A stretch of 64,000 nucleotides of DNA from Patellaria atrata CBS 101060 (taxonomy: Eukaryota). Below are positions 49,278-62,000 of the stretch, one piece after another. The first letter of the stretch is position 1. The number at the start of each line of letters is the position of its first letter. Location: positions 186,001 to 250,000 of the forward strand of contig MU006112.1 of the NCBI GenBank assembly GCA_010093705.1. The letters are read 5' to 3'. Under the pieces are notes generated by a model that was given only the letters and a program-made list of their open reading frames with translations, made no database searches and had not been told where the DNA came from. Position numbers and translations under genes: made by a program.

Positions 49278-52127
49278 ATGCCCGACAGTAATATCGACGA
49301 CACGGAGAGTCCATTGGACAAAGCTTTCCATCAGTTATTCCCTGAGGAGAACACATCTAAACAGCATACCCAAGCTGCCGCACAACAACGAAACCATGTC
49401 GAAGAGGATACTATCCCAGAACACACACCTCAAGAACACCCAGCGCAAGAACATAGAGCCGAAAAGCGCCAAGGATTTCCTAAACCGCCAGGTCACCAGC
49501 TTACCGCGATGGAGCGTGAGTTCCTTCAAACTGCCATTGAAAATAAGGGCGATCCTGAGGCGGAGTTCGAGTTTGACTCTGAACCAGCGCTCGACTCGGA
49601 CGGTGAGGGATTTGTGAACGGCAACTTCACCTCTGCTAGTAATCCTTCCGGGTTCATCCCTTTTCCCGACGATGATGTCCCTAGTTCTTCTGACTCTAGT
49701 GACGACTCTGAGGGTAGCTCAGATGATAGTTCAATCAACAGCTCTGATAGCGGCTCTACCGACCCCTCATATAGTAATTCTGATGACAATTCCGACGAAG
49801 ATTCTGATGACAGTTCCGCCGAAGATTCTGATGACAGTTCCGACGATGATTCTGACTCTAACGCAAAGTATGCAGCCATAGGAGCTCCCGATACCCTGTG
49901 CCCGGAAGAAATTTCTTTCGGAGATGGTGTAACATCTGCAGCATACGAGGCTCATTTTGGTCGATTCGACTACCCGAAACACATTCGTGCTATGGTCAAA
50001 GCAAAGAAAGAACTTCTAGCTCGCAAGCCTAAGAAACTTGTGAAGAAAGCGGCGGACAAAGCGGTACCAAACCCTAAGGGCGCGTCTGTTCAGCAGCCAC
50101 CTCGCTTACCATATAAACGCTTACCGGATGACTGGATCAATCCGGAGAATATGCCTAAGTGGAAGCAGCCGAAGCGAACGGCGCATGAAGTAGTGGAGAA
50201 GTTTTTCTGGCCACCACCCATACAATGGGTGGATCAGCAAGATCTCCGGCCACTTGGGCATGTCGCGCACACAATCCCCCACCACGCCCAAGTGGTGATC
50301 AAGCTTAACGGCACCGCCCGCGAAAAGGTGATAGCAGACGGCTCGCTGCTTTGCTTGGAGGACGGGCGAGTCATTGGCGCAGTTTCAGAGGTGCTTGGGA
50401 ATATCGATCAACCTCATGCCACTGTAAACTACCCTGAGGCTATTTGGTTGGACCGACTGGGTCTCCCAAGAAACGGAGGTACCCCAATCTACTACTCGGA
50501 GGAACACTCCAAGTTCTGGACGTATGAGCAGATGAACGAAGAGGGAATCAAGCATCGTTCGGATGCGTCCAACGCCTTCGATGAACCAGTAGACCCGGAA
50601 AAGAATCCATTTCACTCTGACGATGAGAAAGAGAGAGCATGGCGAAACAGAATCAAAATGGAAACTAATACCAAGTTCTGGCAAAAATCGTTCCTAAAGC
50701 GAGGGTACACTCATCCCAAACAGGTAGCATATGAGGAGAAAGAAAGACGCAAGGAACAGGCACGCCAAGAGGGTAGACCTTTTGATCAACGAGTCTGGCG
50801 TGGTCGCGGTAACTACCGCGGAAGAGGACGAGGGGCCTCGCATTATGACAACTTCCAGCGCCCGGATGCAAAACGCCAGCGTAGCTCAAGCATCAAGCAA
50901 GAGCGTGATGAGACTCCTCAAGTCGAGGCTTTCAACCGTCCGCAGAAGTTCCATCGTGGTCATAGCGGCCGTGGCGGCCGTGGTGGCCGTGGCGGCAGGG
51001 GTGATAACCGCGCCTGGCAGGATGACCGTCGCCAGGACATCTTTCGTCATCCATCCACTGTAGATTATCAGAGTCGCGCACACAGGTCTTACGCTTCGTC
51101 GCGTGATTCAGCGAGCCAGGAACATAGTTCGCGACGACCCTCCATCGAGTCGACATATAGTTCTGATCGAAACCGAAATGGTGATCGCGACCACCATGAG
51201 CGCCCCAGCTCTTCCGCCTATAGTGCCCGCAGCAGTGAGTCCTTGCGTCCCAGTTCGAGCAGTGAGCGTGGTGGTTACCATAACAGCACGCAGGATCGAG
51301 GCGGATATCGCGGTGGCCGAGGAACATATCGTGGAGGCCGCGGCGGAGCAGCTGCGTCGTTTATCGACCCAGCATCGACTCCTTCATTGCCACCGAAGCC
51401 ACCTGCTGCATCTGATGCTCCAAACGCACGGCAACGTAGTTATCGGTCGTGGTACGAAGCAAACAGAAATCGTACCGACGCTGCTCCAAGTTATGGGACT
51501 CGTGCCAATACCGTGGGTCCTGTGAACGCATATCAGGCTCCTGCAAACCCCACCGGACCTATCTCTACATTTCAGACACCATCTTATCCCGTGGGTTCGA
51601 CCACAGGATTTCAAGCGTCCACGCCGTATGCTGGGAACTACCAAACGCCAACTCCAGGTTTCAGCGGCAACACTGGCTATCAGGCTACGGCCTACCCAAT
51701 AGACCAGTACAGTAGTAGCAGTAGATATGGAGCGGCCCCGTCTACCGGATACCGAGCCCCAACATATGCCCCAGCGGAGAACGCTGGGTATCAGGGTCCA
51801 AACTATAGCACCGTTCCCTCCACGAGCTACCACGCTCCAGCGTATACCCAGACTCAAACCACTGGGTATCAGGCTCCCAGTTTCGGTGGTTATAACCAGA
51901 CCACATTTGGCTCTACTCAAGTCCAGCCTACTCCACCAATTCCACATTGGGCTCCAGCTCCACCTCGCCTATTTCCCAACCCAGTGCAATCTGGAATTCC
52001 ACCCCCTCCGATCGAGCCACCTCCATCTTCACAACCACCTCCACCTTCTGGACCTCCACCAGTTGATGAGCCTTACGATCCTTATAATTTCACGCCAATC
52101 CAGAAGGAAGCCTTTCGTAAGACATAG
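49278..52127 (+). CDS. naf1: Naf1-like (Gar1/Naf1 domain) H/ACA RNP assembly factor, divergent, 949 aa, intronless
   Basis: Acidic Ser/Asp tract, then LGHVAHTI..VVIK...DGSLLCLEDGRVIGAVSEVLGNIDQPH and SDASNAFDE...FHSDDEKE (Naf1 core), followed by RGG boxes and a Tyr/Pro-rich low-complexity tail. Confidence 0.78.
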   Translation: MPDSNIDDTESPLDKAFHQLFPEENTSKQHTQAAAQQRNHVEEDTIPEHTPQEHPAQEHRAEKRQGFPKPPGHQLTAMEREFLQTAIENKGDPEAEFEFDSEPALDSDGEGFVNGNFTSASNPSGFIPFPDDDVPSSSDSSDDSEGSSDDSSINSSDSGSTDPSYSNSDDNSDEDSDDSSAEDSDDSSDDDSDSNAKYAAIGAPDTLCPEEISFGDGVTSAAYEAHFGRFDYPKHIRAMVKAKKELLARKPKKLVKKAADKAVPNPKGASVQQPPRLPYKRLPDDWINPENMPKWKQPKRTAHEVVEKFFWPPPIQWVDQQDLRPLGHVAHTIPHHAQVVIKLNGTAREKVIADGSLLCLEDGRVIGAVSEVLGNIDQPHATVNYPEAIWLDRLGLPRNGGTPIYYSEEHSKFWTYEQMNEEGIKHRSDASNAFDEPVDPEKNPFHSDDEKERAWRNRIKMETNTKFWQKSFLKRGYTHPKQVAYEEKERRKEQARQEGRPFDQRVWRGRGNYRGRGRGASHYDNFQRPDAKRQRSSSIKQERDETPQVEAFNRPQKFHRGHSGRGGRGGRGGRGDNRAWQDDRRQDIFRHPSTVDYQSRAHRSYASSRDSASQEHSSRRPSIESTYSSDRNRNGDRDHHERPSSSAYSARSSESLRPSSSSERGGYHNSTQDRGGYRGGRGTYRGGRGGAAASFIDPASTPSLPPKPPAASDAPNARQRSYRSWYEANRNRTDAAPSYGTRANTVGPVNAYQAPANPTGPISTFQTPSYPVGSTTGFQASTPYAGNYQTPTPGFSGNTGYQATAYPIDQYSSSSRYGAAPSTGYRAPTYAPAENAGYQGPNYSTVPSTSYHAPAYTQTQTTGYQAPSFGGYNQTTFGSTQVQPTPPIPHWAPAPPRLFPNPVQSGIPPPPIEPPPSSQPPPPSGPPPVDEPYDPYNFTPIQKEAFRKT

Positions 52128-52414
52128 AAACCTCGAGTGTCTCACCGTGCATAGGTGCGATGATAGTTTGTGCCATGCCAAAGCGGTTTTATCGGTGTGA
52201 TGATTCGTCGTGTGACGTCCTCGTGTGGCCTATCTGGATTTCTTCTTTCTTCTCTCGGTGTGCCTGTTCCCCCTTTCCTTTTTGTACTACTATATGGAGG
52301 CTATTTTCTGCTTTGACATAGCGTGGAGTATTCACGACGGTTTGGACCCTCTCCATTTGGAAAAGGGCAAGAGCAACGAGTTATGATGTACGAACACCTT
52401 TTTCCTTTTCTCAG

Positions 52415-52620
52415 TTACAACGGTTTACCCAATCATCATGTCTGCAAGCTTACAATAGCCGTCTCAATCTTCATGTCGGTCGTTTACAACGGCTATCTCA
52501 ATCTCCATGTCGGCTGCCTACAACAGCTGTCTTAATTCTCATGTCGGCCGCTTACAGTGGCTGTCTCAATCTTCATACCTGGTAGTCTGTGGCAGTCGTC
52601 ACAATCCTACTGTCCGGCAG
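52415..52620. repeat. 34-bp minisatellite, ~5-6 degenerate copies, downstream of the Naf1-like gene
   Basis: Units ttacaatagccgtctcaatcttcatgtcggtcgt / ttacaacggctatctcaatctccatgtcggctgc / ctacaacagctgtcttaattctcatgtcggccgc / ttacagtggctgtctcaatcttcatacc. Confidence 0.88.
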
Positions 52621-54021
52621 CTTGTTGCGGCTTTTCTCGGTTTTACCGAAGCAACGTGCCTGCGAGGTGTTTATCATGATTTTTCCCGATTTTCACGAGG
52701 GTTATGCTTCGTGGCGTATCGCTTTATTAAGCATTAATGTAACTAGAGGTGAATAGAAAGGTGTTGAAACCCCACATGATGCTCAATAGTGTTCTTTGAC
52801 TGATGTGATCAACATGCATGCTATATTAATGAGTAGAGTTTCTAGGAGTTTGTAAATCACGTAGGACTTTAAAAGGTAAGATGTAGTAGATTGGTATATA
52901 GACTCGCCATTGGGATTCCAGGGTTTGGAGTTCACGGGAAGGGGTGATAGGATTGCTACTTGAGCCTAGGATGCTATTCTTTTATGCTTCTGAGCCATAA
53001 ATTTCACGCTGGAGAGGTAATCAATAGTCGAGTTTCTGTTTATGAATGCGCATATCCAGGCTGGTCGGGTAAGAGTCACATATCAGCTTATGTTGGAATC
53101 CAAAAAGAGTCACATGGAAGAAGATGGTGTAGATTCCAAAAGATGGTACAGGGGCTGACTCTGGATAGTTCTAATCCACAGTCTAATGCAGACTCTTAAC
53201 ACTCTTTCTATTTACTATGCCCCGTTTAGAAGTATGACTCTAGGTATGCAAATCCAACAATCTATGCCATGTCAAAGGGAAGCATCGGTATCCCAATTCA
53301 GCAGGACAGAACGGCAGTACGGTACAGAAGATGCTCCGGTTGCCGACTATGAGTCGTATCTAGGTTATGATCTTTCTACTCCTTGAATTCGGTATTCTCG
53401 GTTGAGTCGGTTATATAAACCGTAAATGGAAGAGCTTGCGAACTGTTACGATGGATGAGTGGCTTAGACAAAAGCCCCAGGTGAGGCCAAGCCAAGTTGG
53501 ATGTAACGGATCAAGGACCGCACAAGGGGCATCACATCTGCAAACCAACTCCAGGCACCAAAAGGTACCGTTTCCAAATCTAAACGATACCATCCTCCCA
53601 TATCAGATGCCAGTCCTCGTTAACTCCGACATGATTTTACGCTTGTTATACGGTCGGGATGACGTGAACGCTGGACGGGATCCATCCGCATCGCCCTATT
53701 CCCCCTTGCCCAACCGACTGGGAGTCTGGGAGACGCGCCATATTCTATCTGCCTGATTAATTGTCGTAACTAGTGTTTCGTCTCTGACTGTTCATGCTCT
53801 GACGATGACGAAGATAAACAATACAGCGTCGTCGATGGCTTGACGGGGAAACGTATGCCTTAACGTATGCCTAAGGGCGAAGTATCGTCAACCATTTCGG
53901 CGAATCCAATTCAGACCTTATCTTATACTGAGTGTCTAGGACGGCCTGACCCGTTCACGCGAGCCTGATTTCTCATGTGAACGGATTATCTTCAAAATCC
54001 TTCTCTTTCCTGTAAACTAAT

Positions 54022-56145
54022 ATGGTGTATACGGGCAAGCCAAGTCGAGGTTGTCAAAATTGCAGAACGCGAAGGATAAAGGTGTGTTTACTATCCAATC
54101 CGGGAACTATTGCGACTCGTCCATCGCTCCCGCAATACCCCACATATAGATCTTCCGCTTACTGTCCCTCGTTTATAGTGTGGAGAGGAGAAGCCTGCAT
54201 GTAGCCAGTGTGAGAAGTCTGGACGAGAATGCCCAGGTTACCGGGACGAGTTCGATCTCATATTCCGGGACGAGAATGTTGCAGTTGCGCGCCGATCAAA
54301 GAAATCGAATTTTTCCAAAAGTGCATCTAAAACAGCCAAGCCAAAGTATGCTCTTTGAGATCTCATTTGTGGAGAGAATGTCTCAAAATCGGTTGACTGC
54401 AAGCTGATATGGTAATCAAAAGTCTCACTAACTTATGTTGATAGAGCATCAGCGAGTTGCGAATCTGTAGGAAGTTCGCCATCAAATAGTCTGATAATTT
54501 CTAGGCACCGCTCTATCTCTTCTAATAATTCTGATCTTCCAACCGACTCATCTCTATCATGGCCATCGCCCCGGACAGTAGCAGAGACATATTTGGAGGG
54601 CCCCGGTGCCTTACAGTCAGAACCCTCCCCAGAGGCTATGGACAGAGCTTATCAATGGTTTCTTCAAAGAATGAAAGTCAAGTCTAGTCCATCACCATCT
54701 ATGGAGGACCTTGCTACTGCATTCTTCTTCCGTAACTTTGTTCTATTCCCACATCATTCGGACAGCACGCGGGGCTTCCTAGAGTTCATAGTACCTATAT
54801 ACAACGAAACGAGTAGCGATTCGCTTGTCCATCAGGCTACACATGCCCTCGCAATGGCCATCTTTAGTAACTATCCAGCACAATACCACCTACTGAAGGA
54901 TACTCGTACACTTTACAGTAGCACTTTGGCGCGCCTGAGGACTGCGCTTAACGATCCAGTTGAAGTGAAATCGGATGGGACGCTACTCACGGTATTATTA
55001 GCGTCTCTCTACGAGGTACGGGGATGTCCTAGTCCGTTACAGTTTACACCTGATGTTGATATCCTACAAAGGCAATCATGTCGACAAATGGCTCCATGAA
55101 AGGATGGGTCAACCATGTTGATGGAGCAGTTTCCCTCGTGAAGATGAGAGGTGCAGGTGAATTCAATACCGAGCAATCTTTTAACCTATTTCGAGCCGTC
55201 AGAAGCGTCATGGTAAGATAGATCAAGTTCTGTACCCTAACCCATCCCTTCCCAACCGTCGAAACTCGAGACCCTAACATCTCCCAGCTCACAAGCAGTA
55301 TCGCCCGGCATAAAGACATCGAAGACTTCCCCAGCCCCAACGGCTGGAGACTCGTCGACGACCTCGAAGAAAACGCCGCGAACCGCCTAACCCTAATCTC
55401 GATGTCACTCCCTAAGATCCGCACCAAAGCCCACACCCTCCTCGGACAGCCCAAAACCGACTCCACCCTCGCTTCCGTCCTCGAACTCATAGAGCTCGCC
55501 CAAAAGGTCGACCGCGACCTCGATGACTGGTTCAGAAACGTCCCTCCCTCCTGGGGCCACAGAACCATCTCCGTATGCCACAACACCGCAGCCGAAGACA
55601 TCGCACAAGCAGAGGAATGGCCGGGTCCCATCCACACCTACGAAGACATCTTCATCGCGAGCATCGTCAACGACCACAGGGTCGGTCGCATATGCTGCCA
55701 ATCCGTCCTCGTGGCCGCAGCAGCCTGGCTTGCGCCCAAAGCCGCCGTAACCGCCGATCCAATGGGCCAAGCGGCCTCGTACCAGGTCCAGCAGCTCGTC
55801 GATGACATCTGCGCCTCCGTCCCCTTTCACATGAAATACCACTATCAGGCTGACGCGCTGCTGAGCAACCACGATCAAGGAGGTATGTCCCCCCGCGCGC
55901 GTGAGAAAGCTCTGCATCCTAACCCGCGCACAGCGGCGGAGGCCATGGGTGCCTATTTGCTCGTCTGGCCGCTGTATGTCTGTTTGAATGTGCCGACGCT
56001 CGAGGAACGGCAGAGGCTGTGGTTGAGGGGTCGCATGACGTTTGTCGGGAAGGAGTTTGGGCTTAATCAGGCGCAGGTGTTGCTGTTGGCGCAGCGGCAG
56101 GTTTTGAGCTCTGCTCCGGATTTTAAACCTCCGTTGGTTGTGTGA
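54022..56145 (+). CDS. Zn2Cys6 transcription factor with a fungal-specific C-terminal (Fungal_trans_2-like) domain, ~6 exons
   Basis: MVYTGKPSRGCQNCRTRRIK|CGEEKPACSQCEKSGRECPGYRDEFDLIFRDEN; later ALNDPVEVKSDGTLLTVLL, HVDGAVSLVKMRG, LVDDICASVPFH and GAYLLVWPL. Confidence 0.88.
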
Positions 56146-57091
56146 GGTCGGCTGAATGACGAGATATGGTGGGTATGGGGATTAGATGGCTGGGATTATT
56201 GAGGCGAGTGGGGGGTCTGCTGTATGATATGGGAGTACATTGAGGGGGGAATGTAAGGCGCTGGTAATAGGAGGTAGAGATGGTCTGGAGAGCGTGTATT
56301 TGGACTAGCTGAAGGGAGATGATTCATCTCAGATAATAGAGCTCTCCCCGCTTCTTTGGCTCGATAGATAGAATAGAGAGTGTAATCGTAATTTTCTCGC
56401 CTCCTTCTTAGGTTCCTCCCGCGTCTGACTTGACTGTGAATGCAGGCATTTAGATATAGACGTGGGTAGAGTCGTAGGTTTAGTAGAAATAAATAAACGT
56501 GTTTCTTTAGGGTTCCTACATGTTAAACTCGGTCCTTCACAGCATTTTTACCGGAACTAGGTAAGCAGTTGTAGGAGTAGGGTTTCTGAAGCAGTATATC
56601 ACACACCACACAGCAGATTTCCACCAAGTACGACAAAGTGATAGCTCATACGAACTGTACATCTGCCCCCAACTTCAGGTGTTTAGAAGCAAATGATACT
56701 ACATAGCGCAAACTACAACCTCATCCACCGACCACCGGACCCTCTACCAAAACGGAGTTATCTCTTCCTGACATGATACGCTAAAAAGGCACTCAGGCAC
56801 TCACCCATTACCCACTCGACGATACATACGCATAGGAAAACTAACCCCCGTTCACTAACCCCAACCCGTTAGGAAATATCTTATTTCTAAACAGCACAAG
56901 GGTTACTAAGTCCAAAATAAACGCCCCCCTCCCATCCAAAAAGAAAGCGGGACAGCCATATCCTAACATAGTAGAACAGTAAAATAGCAAAACAAGCATA
57001 AGCGACGTGTACTCCCGGTAGACGTAGCCTTTCCCGCGAGCGCAGAGTTCACATCCGACATAAGTGTATACAGCGTATATTGTCATTCTCT

Positions 57092-57188
57092 GTTTTTTTT
57101 TTTTTGATGTTTTTGTATTTGATGTTTTTGTATTTGATGTTTTTGTATTTGGTGTTTTTGTATTTGGTGTTTTTGTATTTGGTGTTTC
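57092..57188. repeat. T-run followed by a 15-bp tandem repeat (TGRTGTTTTTGTATT) x ~5.5
   Basis: Three TGATG-type then three TGGTG-type units, read directly from the sequence. Confidence 0.9.
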
Positions 57189-57981
57189 GTTGGATGGGAG
57201 CGTCACTTAGCTCCCAGGGAAGAGATACTGGATTGGTGCTATGATATAACTCCCACTGCTTCCTTTGGTAGCTTTATGGGATATACTTGACTGGCGACAT
57301 CGAAACCTAAGGGACGATGAGGTTGTGGTTTCGAGGCAGATGGACGTGTGGTTACAGGGTCTGGATTTTGAGTGTGGGTTGGGGGATATAGTGGAGAGGC
57401 GATATCACTTGTTGGACAGGGGTATTTTGGGGGTATGAGTGACTTAGGGAGTAAGGTTTATAAGATGGCTCTAAGGGACTCTGGTCGAGGATAAATTCCT
57501 TGTGGGAGAAGTAGAATTTTATAATATACTAGTAAAGTCGTCTATCAACAAAAAAGTGGTATTTAGAAATAGAGTTGTGAGCGTAGACAGATACACGTTT
57601 CATGACATACTGAGATTTAGAACTTACCATCTCTCTAGCTGGGAGCAGGGTTATCAACGAGGGCCACAATGACCTACCTAAAAGGACGACGACAGTCGGT
57701 TCCGTTCACGCTAAATGACTTACCTTGACTTCACTAGGAAATCTCAGCTCACTTCACAGGCTCACCAACCATAATCTCATCCGGTCACTCATCCCAAATT
57801 CAGGCGCTTCCCAACAACAGTTGAGACAAAGGTTTGTTCAGGAACGGCATCGTTTGATTGATCTATCACACGAAAACCATCCCTCAGCCACCACGCTGCA
57901 AGAGCCAACGCCAAGCCAGGCGCGCCCTAAAGCCCTTTTTATCAAACCCACTATAACACAACAAACCCCCTAATGTATCAT

Positions 57982-58435
57982 TTATGCGACCAATTGGCAC
58001 ACACCGCCAGCCTCCTTGATTTTCCTCTCCGCCTCCTTACTGAAGAAACGAGCGCGAACGACGATAGGTATCTCGGGCAAGCGACCCTTGCCGAGGACCT
58101 TTGAGTAGCCGAGAGGGAGGAGGTCGAGGACGGGCGCGGTATCGGTTTTCTTATCCTTGATGTACGCGTCGCGCTTCTCGGCCGGGACGAGAGACCATAG
58201 CTAATGTTGTCAGTTTACATCCACTCCACCATCGACCCATCAATCCCCAACTGACCTTGTCCAAATTGATGACCGGTCTCCAGAATTGGTTCTGAAGTTT
58301 GTGAAAGTACCTCATACCAACCTTTCCGAAGTAACTGTGCGTAGTCATTAGTTTGGGGTATGCTAGAGGTGTCGAAGGTATAAGTACCCGGGATGGTATT
58401 TGTCCATGTTCGTTCGGTGATGATGTTGACCACCT

Positions 58436-58473
<38 letters not shown>

Positions 58474-58688
58474 AACTCCTGAATTCTAGTTTAATATATG
58501 AGTCCAATCGTAGAGTAGGAGTGTACTAACGTCCATGACCGGCGGAGACGTGACCGCGGCTGCGCATACATTGTCAGCATAAGATCCTCGACAATGATGC
58601 GTCGTATCTTCGGAATCACATAATTTAACGATTAACGACTGAATAGTATTACTTACTGCTTGCGGGTCTTTGTTAGACGAGTAGGCAT
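57982..58688 (-). CDS. rpl28: 60S ribosomal protein uL15 (yeast L28 / L27a), 5 exons
   Basis: Spliced product [63 protein letters not shown]...KVLGKGRLP...[13 protein letters not shown]; four GT-AG introns. Confidence 0.96.
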
Positions 58689-58791
58689 GTTGAATGTGAA
58701 TTTGGTGGTTATTGATACCTCTCCAGACTCTAGAATTCAAGGAAGTTTCGTGATCGCAAATGTTAAGCGAAATGTGTGGGCTTGGCGAGTT

Positions 58792-58799
58792 TCACGTGA
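58792..58799. promoter_or_regulatory. Palindromic E-box TCACGTGA (Cbf1-type) ~105 bp upstream of rpl28
   Basis: Exact motif present; Cbf1 sites are known in ribosomal protein gene promoters of some ascomycetes. Confidence 0.35.
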
Positions 58800-59030
58800 T
58801 AAGGGCAATATTTGCCAAGAGCTTTCAAATGTGTCTGAATAAAAATAATTTTGTACGGAAAAGTTGCGTCCAGCCAGTTCTGATGACCCTTGATCCTATA
58901 TGTACATCCGCAGCTATCATTCATGTGATCGCTCTAAAGCTTACACCAAACTTCGAACCCTTCGCTAGATATTGAACGGGACGAAACGCCTTACAATGCA
59001 TCAAAATCAAACGCCTGTCATGTCAAGTCT

Positions 59031-62000
59031 TTATCCCCAGTAGGGTGTCTTCAAACCAGCAAACGTCGACGATACTGTATTCATCGTATCGCCGGTATCT
59101 TCTTTCTTTCTTTGGCCTGCTAGCTGTAGCGGGATACCATTAGCTCTTGACCCGTAACTACAATAGAACTCCACTTACCTCAAGTTGAATGTGGCGGTGG
59201 ACATGCACCAACCAATCCACGTAACTTTGAGCCTCATTGTTGCGATCTTCATATAGAAGTCTCGCGAACTCATACTCCGCTCCATCCAACCCTTGTCTGG
59301 CCATTTGTAGAGTCAGCGCCTTTGAACCACGATTGGTCTCTAGATATTGCAAAATATTGCGGACTTGAGCGTTGAGGTGAGTCTGAAGAACTGGAATGCT
59401 AGATTGGAAAGCATCCAGATCTTTAAGACTGCTAATACCTTGACCGAATAGGTCTTCAAGAAGGTTTGGCGAGACCTGACTGTGTAACCACAGAAGACAC
59501 ACTTGCCCGTTATCAACTATGTACACACCCCCTTCTTCGACTTTCGAGAATGATGCTCGAATCGCCTGGGGCATGCGCAGATGGCCATTCTCATTTGCGA
59601 ACCCGTCCTTTTCGTTAAGGTTGTGGATCGCTATGATGCGTGGATAAAGGTAAAGTGACAACTCCAAAGATCCCATTGACTTGATGAGACGCATATCGTG
59701 GACACGACGGTCTATAGGTTCACGTCCGCCCTTGAGACAGCGTGACTTGATCAAACCGAGTGTGTACATACTGAACTCTTTCAGATTCTCGGGTAGTACC
59801 AGTTGACCGGGGGGATGTGATCCGGAGAAATTCTTTCGGTAACCTGCAAGTATGTCGATCGTTTTCTCGGTCAAAGCTGCTCTGATATCCTTCAAATTCT
59901 TCTCCGGCATACGAGCAGCCGCCTCTTTAGCGATGATGTTCACTACAGCGTCCTGATCTACAAACTTCATTGCTTCGAGTGCGCCTTCACTGACGCTTGC
60001 CACGATGTTACTGCATCGTACTCGTCGCTCACCACTTGCGGTTGTGTATAATAGAGCACTCTGGAAGTGTGCATCCAGTTTAGGATCTAGTTTGCCATCA
60101 TAGCTGAACATGACGCCGACGGCTTTATCGGCGTCAATGACTCCAAACTCAAGATCGGCTCCAAATGTGTGATGAAAAAAGTTGCCATGATATGCTGAGA
60201 CTTGAAGGCCATTCGAGCATCTAACCTTCATTAACGCTTGGAACCCGGTTTCTCGGGTTACCGTGTGCTTGATCTCCTTCGAAAGTCTCAAGGTATCACG
60301 AGGAGCATGGAAGTTAGGATAATAGTATACTTCACCTCCAGTTGTCGCAGATGCATGACCTATGTTACCGATCAGTAACATTCAACTAGAAATGGAAAAG
60401 TGCCATACCAATAGTAGCGATATCAAGATATCCACCGCTTGGTGCAGCCAAAAAGAAGTCCACTCCGACACCAGTTTCTACCATCTTTTGAGCTATCTTC
60501 CGCCAACCTGGATGTTCAGTAGTAAAAAGCTTCTTCTCTCCATCTGTACCGTGTACCTTCCCATCATCCCGTAGGAACAGCCTACCTGGTCCCCAAGTGG
60601 GAAGAGCTGCAAGGGAACATATGATTTTACCACCTGTAGTCGTCAGCGCTGATAGTGCAGATGTTATTGTAGGCAGTAACGCTGGCTCCGGGTTTTTTAT
60701 ATTGGCAAACATGCTTGGAATCTGACTCAATAATGCAGTGATTACTGCTTTCGATTCTTGAGGATCAACGAAAAGCCCTTCGCTAAGTGGAACGAACGGA
60801 TCTTCAAGATCTGGCATCACCATCATCTGCGCCTTGTCCAAGTTTGGACTTAAATTGTAGTAATGTATCTCCTTGTCATAGGTCACAATACCGACCTTGG
60901 AGCCAGTAGGAAGCGTCCGTCGACTCGAGTCGTTAGCAACAGAGCTATCCTCTGTTTCTGAGCTCCCGAAGAGAGCATTGATTATGCCTTCACAGAATCC
61001 ATCAAGGAAACCTTTATTCGATGCTTCCGCGGTGACATCGATGAGGAATAGCCATCTAAGACCCGTGGGTTCTTTATTCCAGTATTCTTTCGGAACAGTG
61101 AATTCCACAGTTCCTTGTGTTAATTCTGGTCGCTGATGGCGATCGACGCGCGTACCGGATGGATCTGTAGGCGCAAAATATTCCGGAGTAACATCATTTG
61201 GAAATGTGCACATGTTACACACAAATTTATTGCCGCCGGAACGGAAGACCATGAACGGGTTAATGTAAGTTCTACACCGTCTACAACGAGGAGGCCCTAT
61301 GTCCCCAAAGTCCAGTAGTGGGATTGCTTGTTCACCTTCTTGTTGACATGCTAATGGTTGGACGACTAGACCAAGGGGGAGAGCAGTGGATGCAAGCGCA
61401 TCTGCAGATGCGGGAATGTTGTTCAAGGTCAGACGCATGAAACGAGGAGATGCATTGCCCTGATCGAATGCGACGAACGGGACTGCAGCTGGGGGTGGGA
61501 GACGTAAGTCCATAGTAGGATATACATGGTCCAAGTAGTACTCTGCTGGACCATCCCTAGACCTTGGTATGCTTGGGATTTGCTCTGGATCAACCTTGCC
61601 TTGTGCTGACGACGCCGGTGAGCCAGTTAGAGGAGCTCCTGGCCGCGCAGCATGCTCGTAGGTTGTGGCTGAGTGTGCGGGACTGAATAATGGATTTGCG
61701 GGCACGGGAAACTGCGACATCGCTGGTGATGCCTGTGAGTTTGCATATGGTCCTTGGATTCCACCCTGATTCAAAAATTGAGTCGGCTGCCCTGTTGCTC
61801 CTTGTGGTATACCATTGAAAGCTTGAGAGCTTCCTGCTGCTTCAACCGTGTGATATGCGTGTCTATCTTTCTTTCTTCGTGGAGGAGCAGAGCTATTGAG
61901 CTGTACAGCACCCATTTGTGTGGCTAGTCCACCCATAGCGCCATCATATTGTTGTTGTCCCTGCATCGGGGACACGGGCGGAAAATAGCCTTGCTCTTGT

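Noticed and set aside
55387..55397. CTAACCCTAA as a telomerase RNA template or telomeric seed
   Set aside because: Lies within the coding exon of the Zn2Cys6 gene (NRLTLI); single occurrence.
25877..55933. Four stop-free 3n introns (25877-25930, 31268-31321, 37408-37455, 55883-55933) read through in the ORF track
   Set aside because: Roughly the number expected by chance among ~40 introns of ~50 nt; an annotation caveat, not a signal.
56841..57206. 121-aa ORF with NTKTP/NTKTS repeats
   Set aside because: GTG start; simply the translation of the 15-bp tandem repeat and the A-run.
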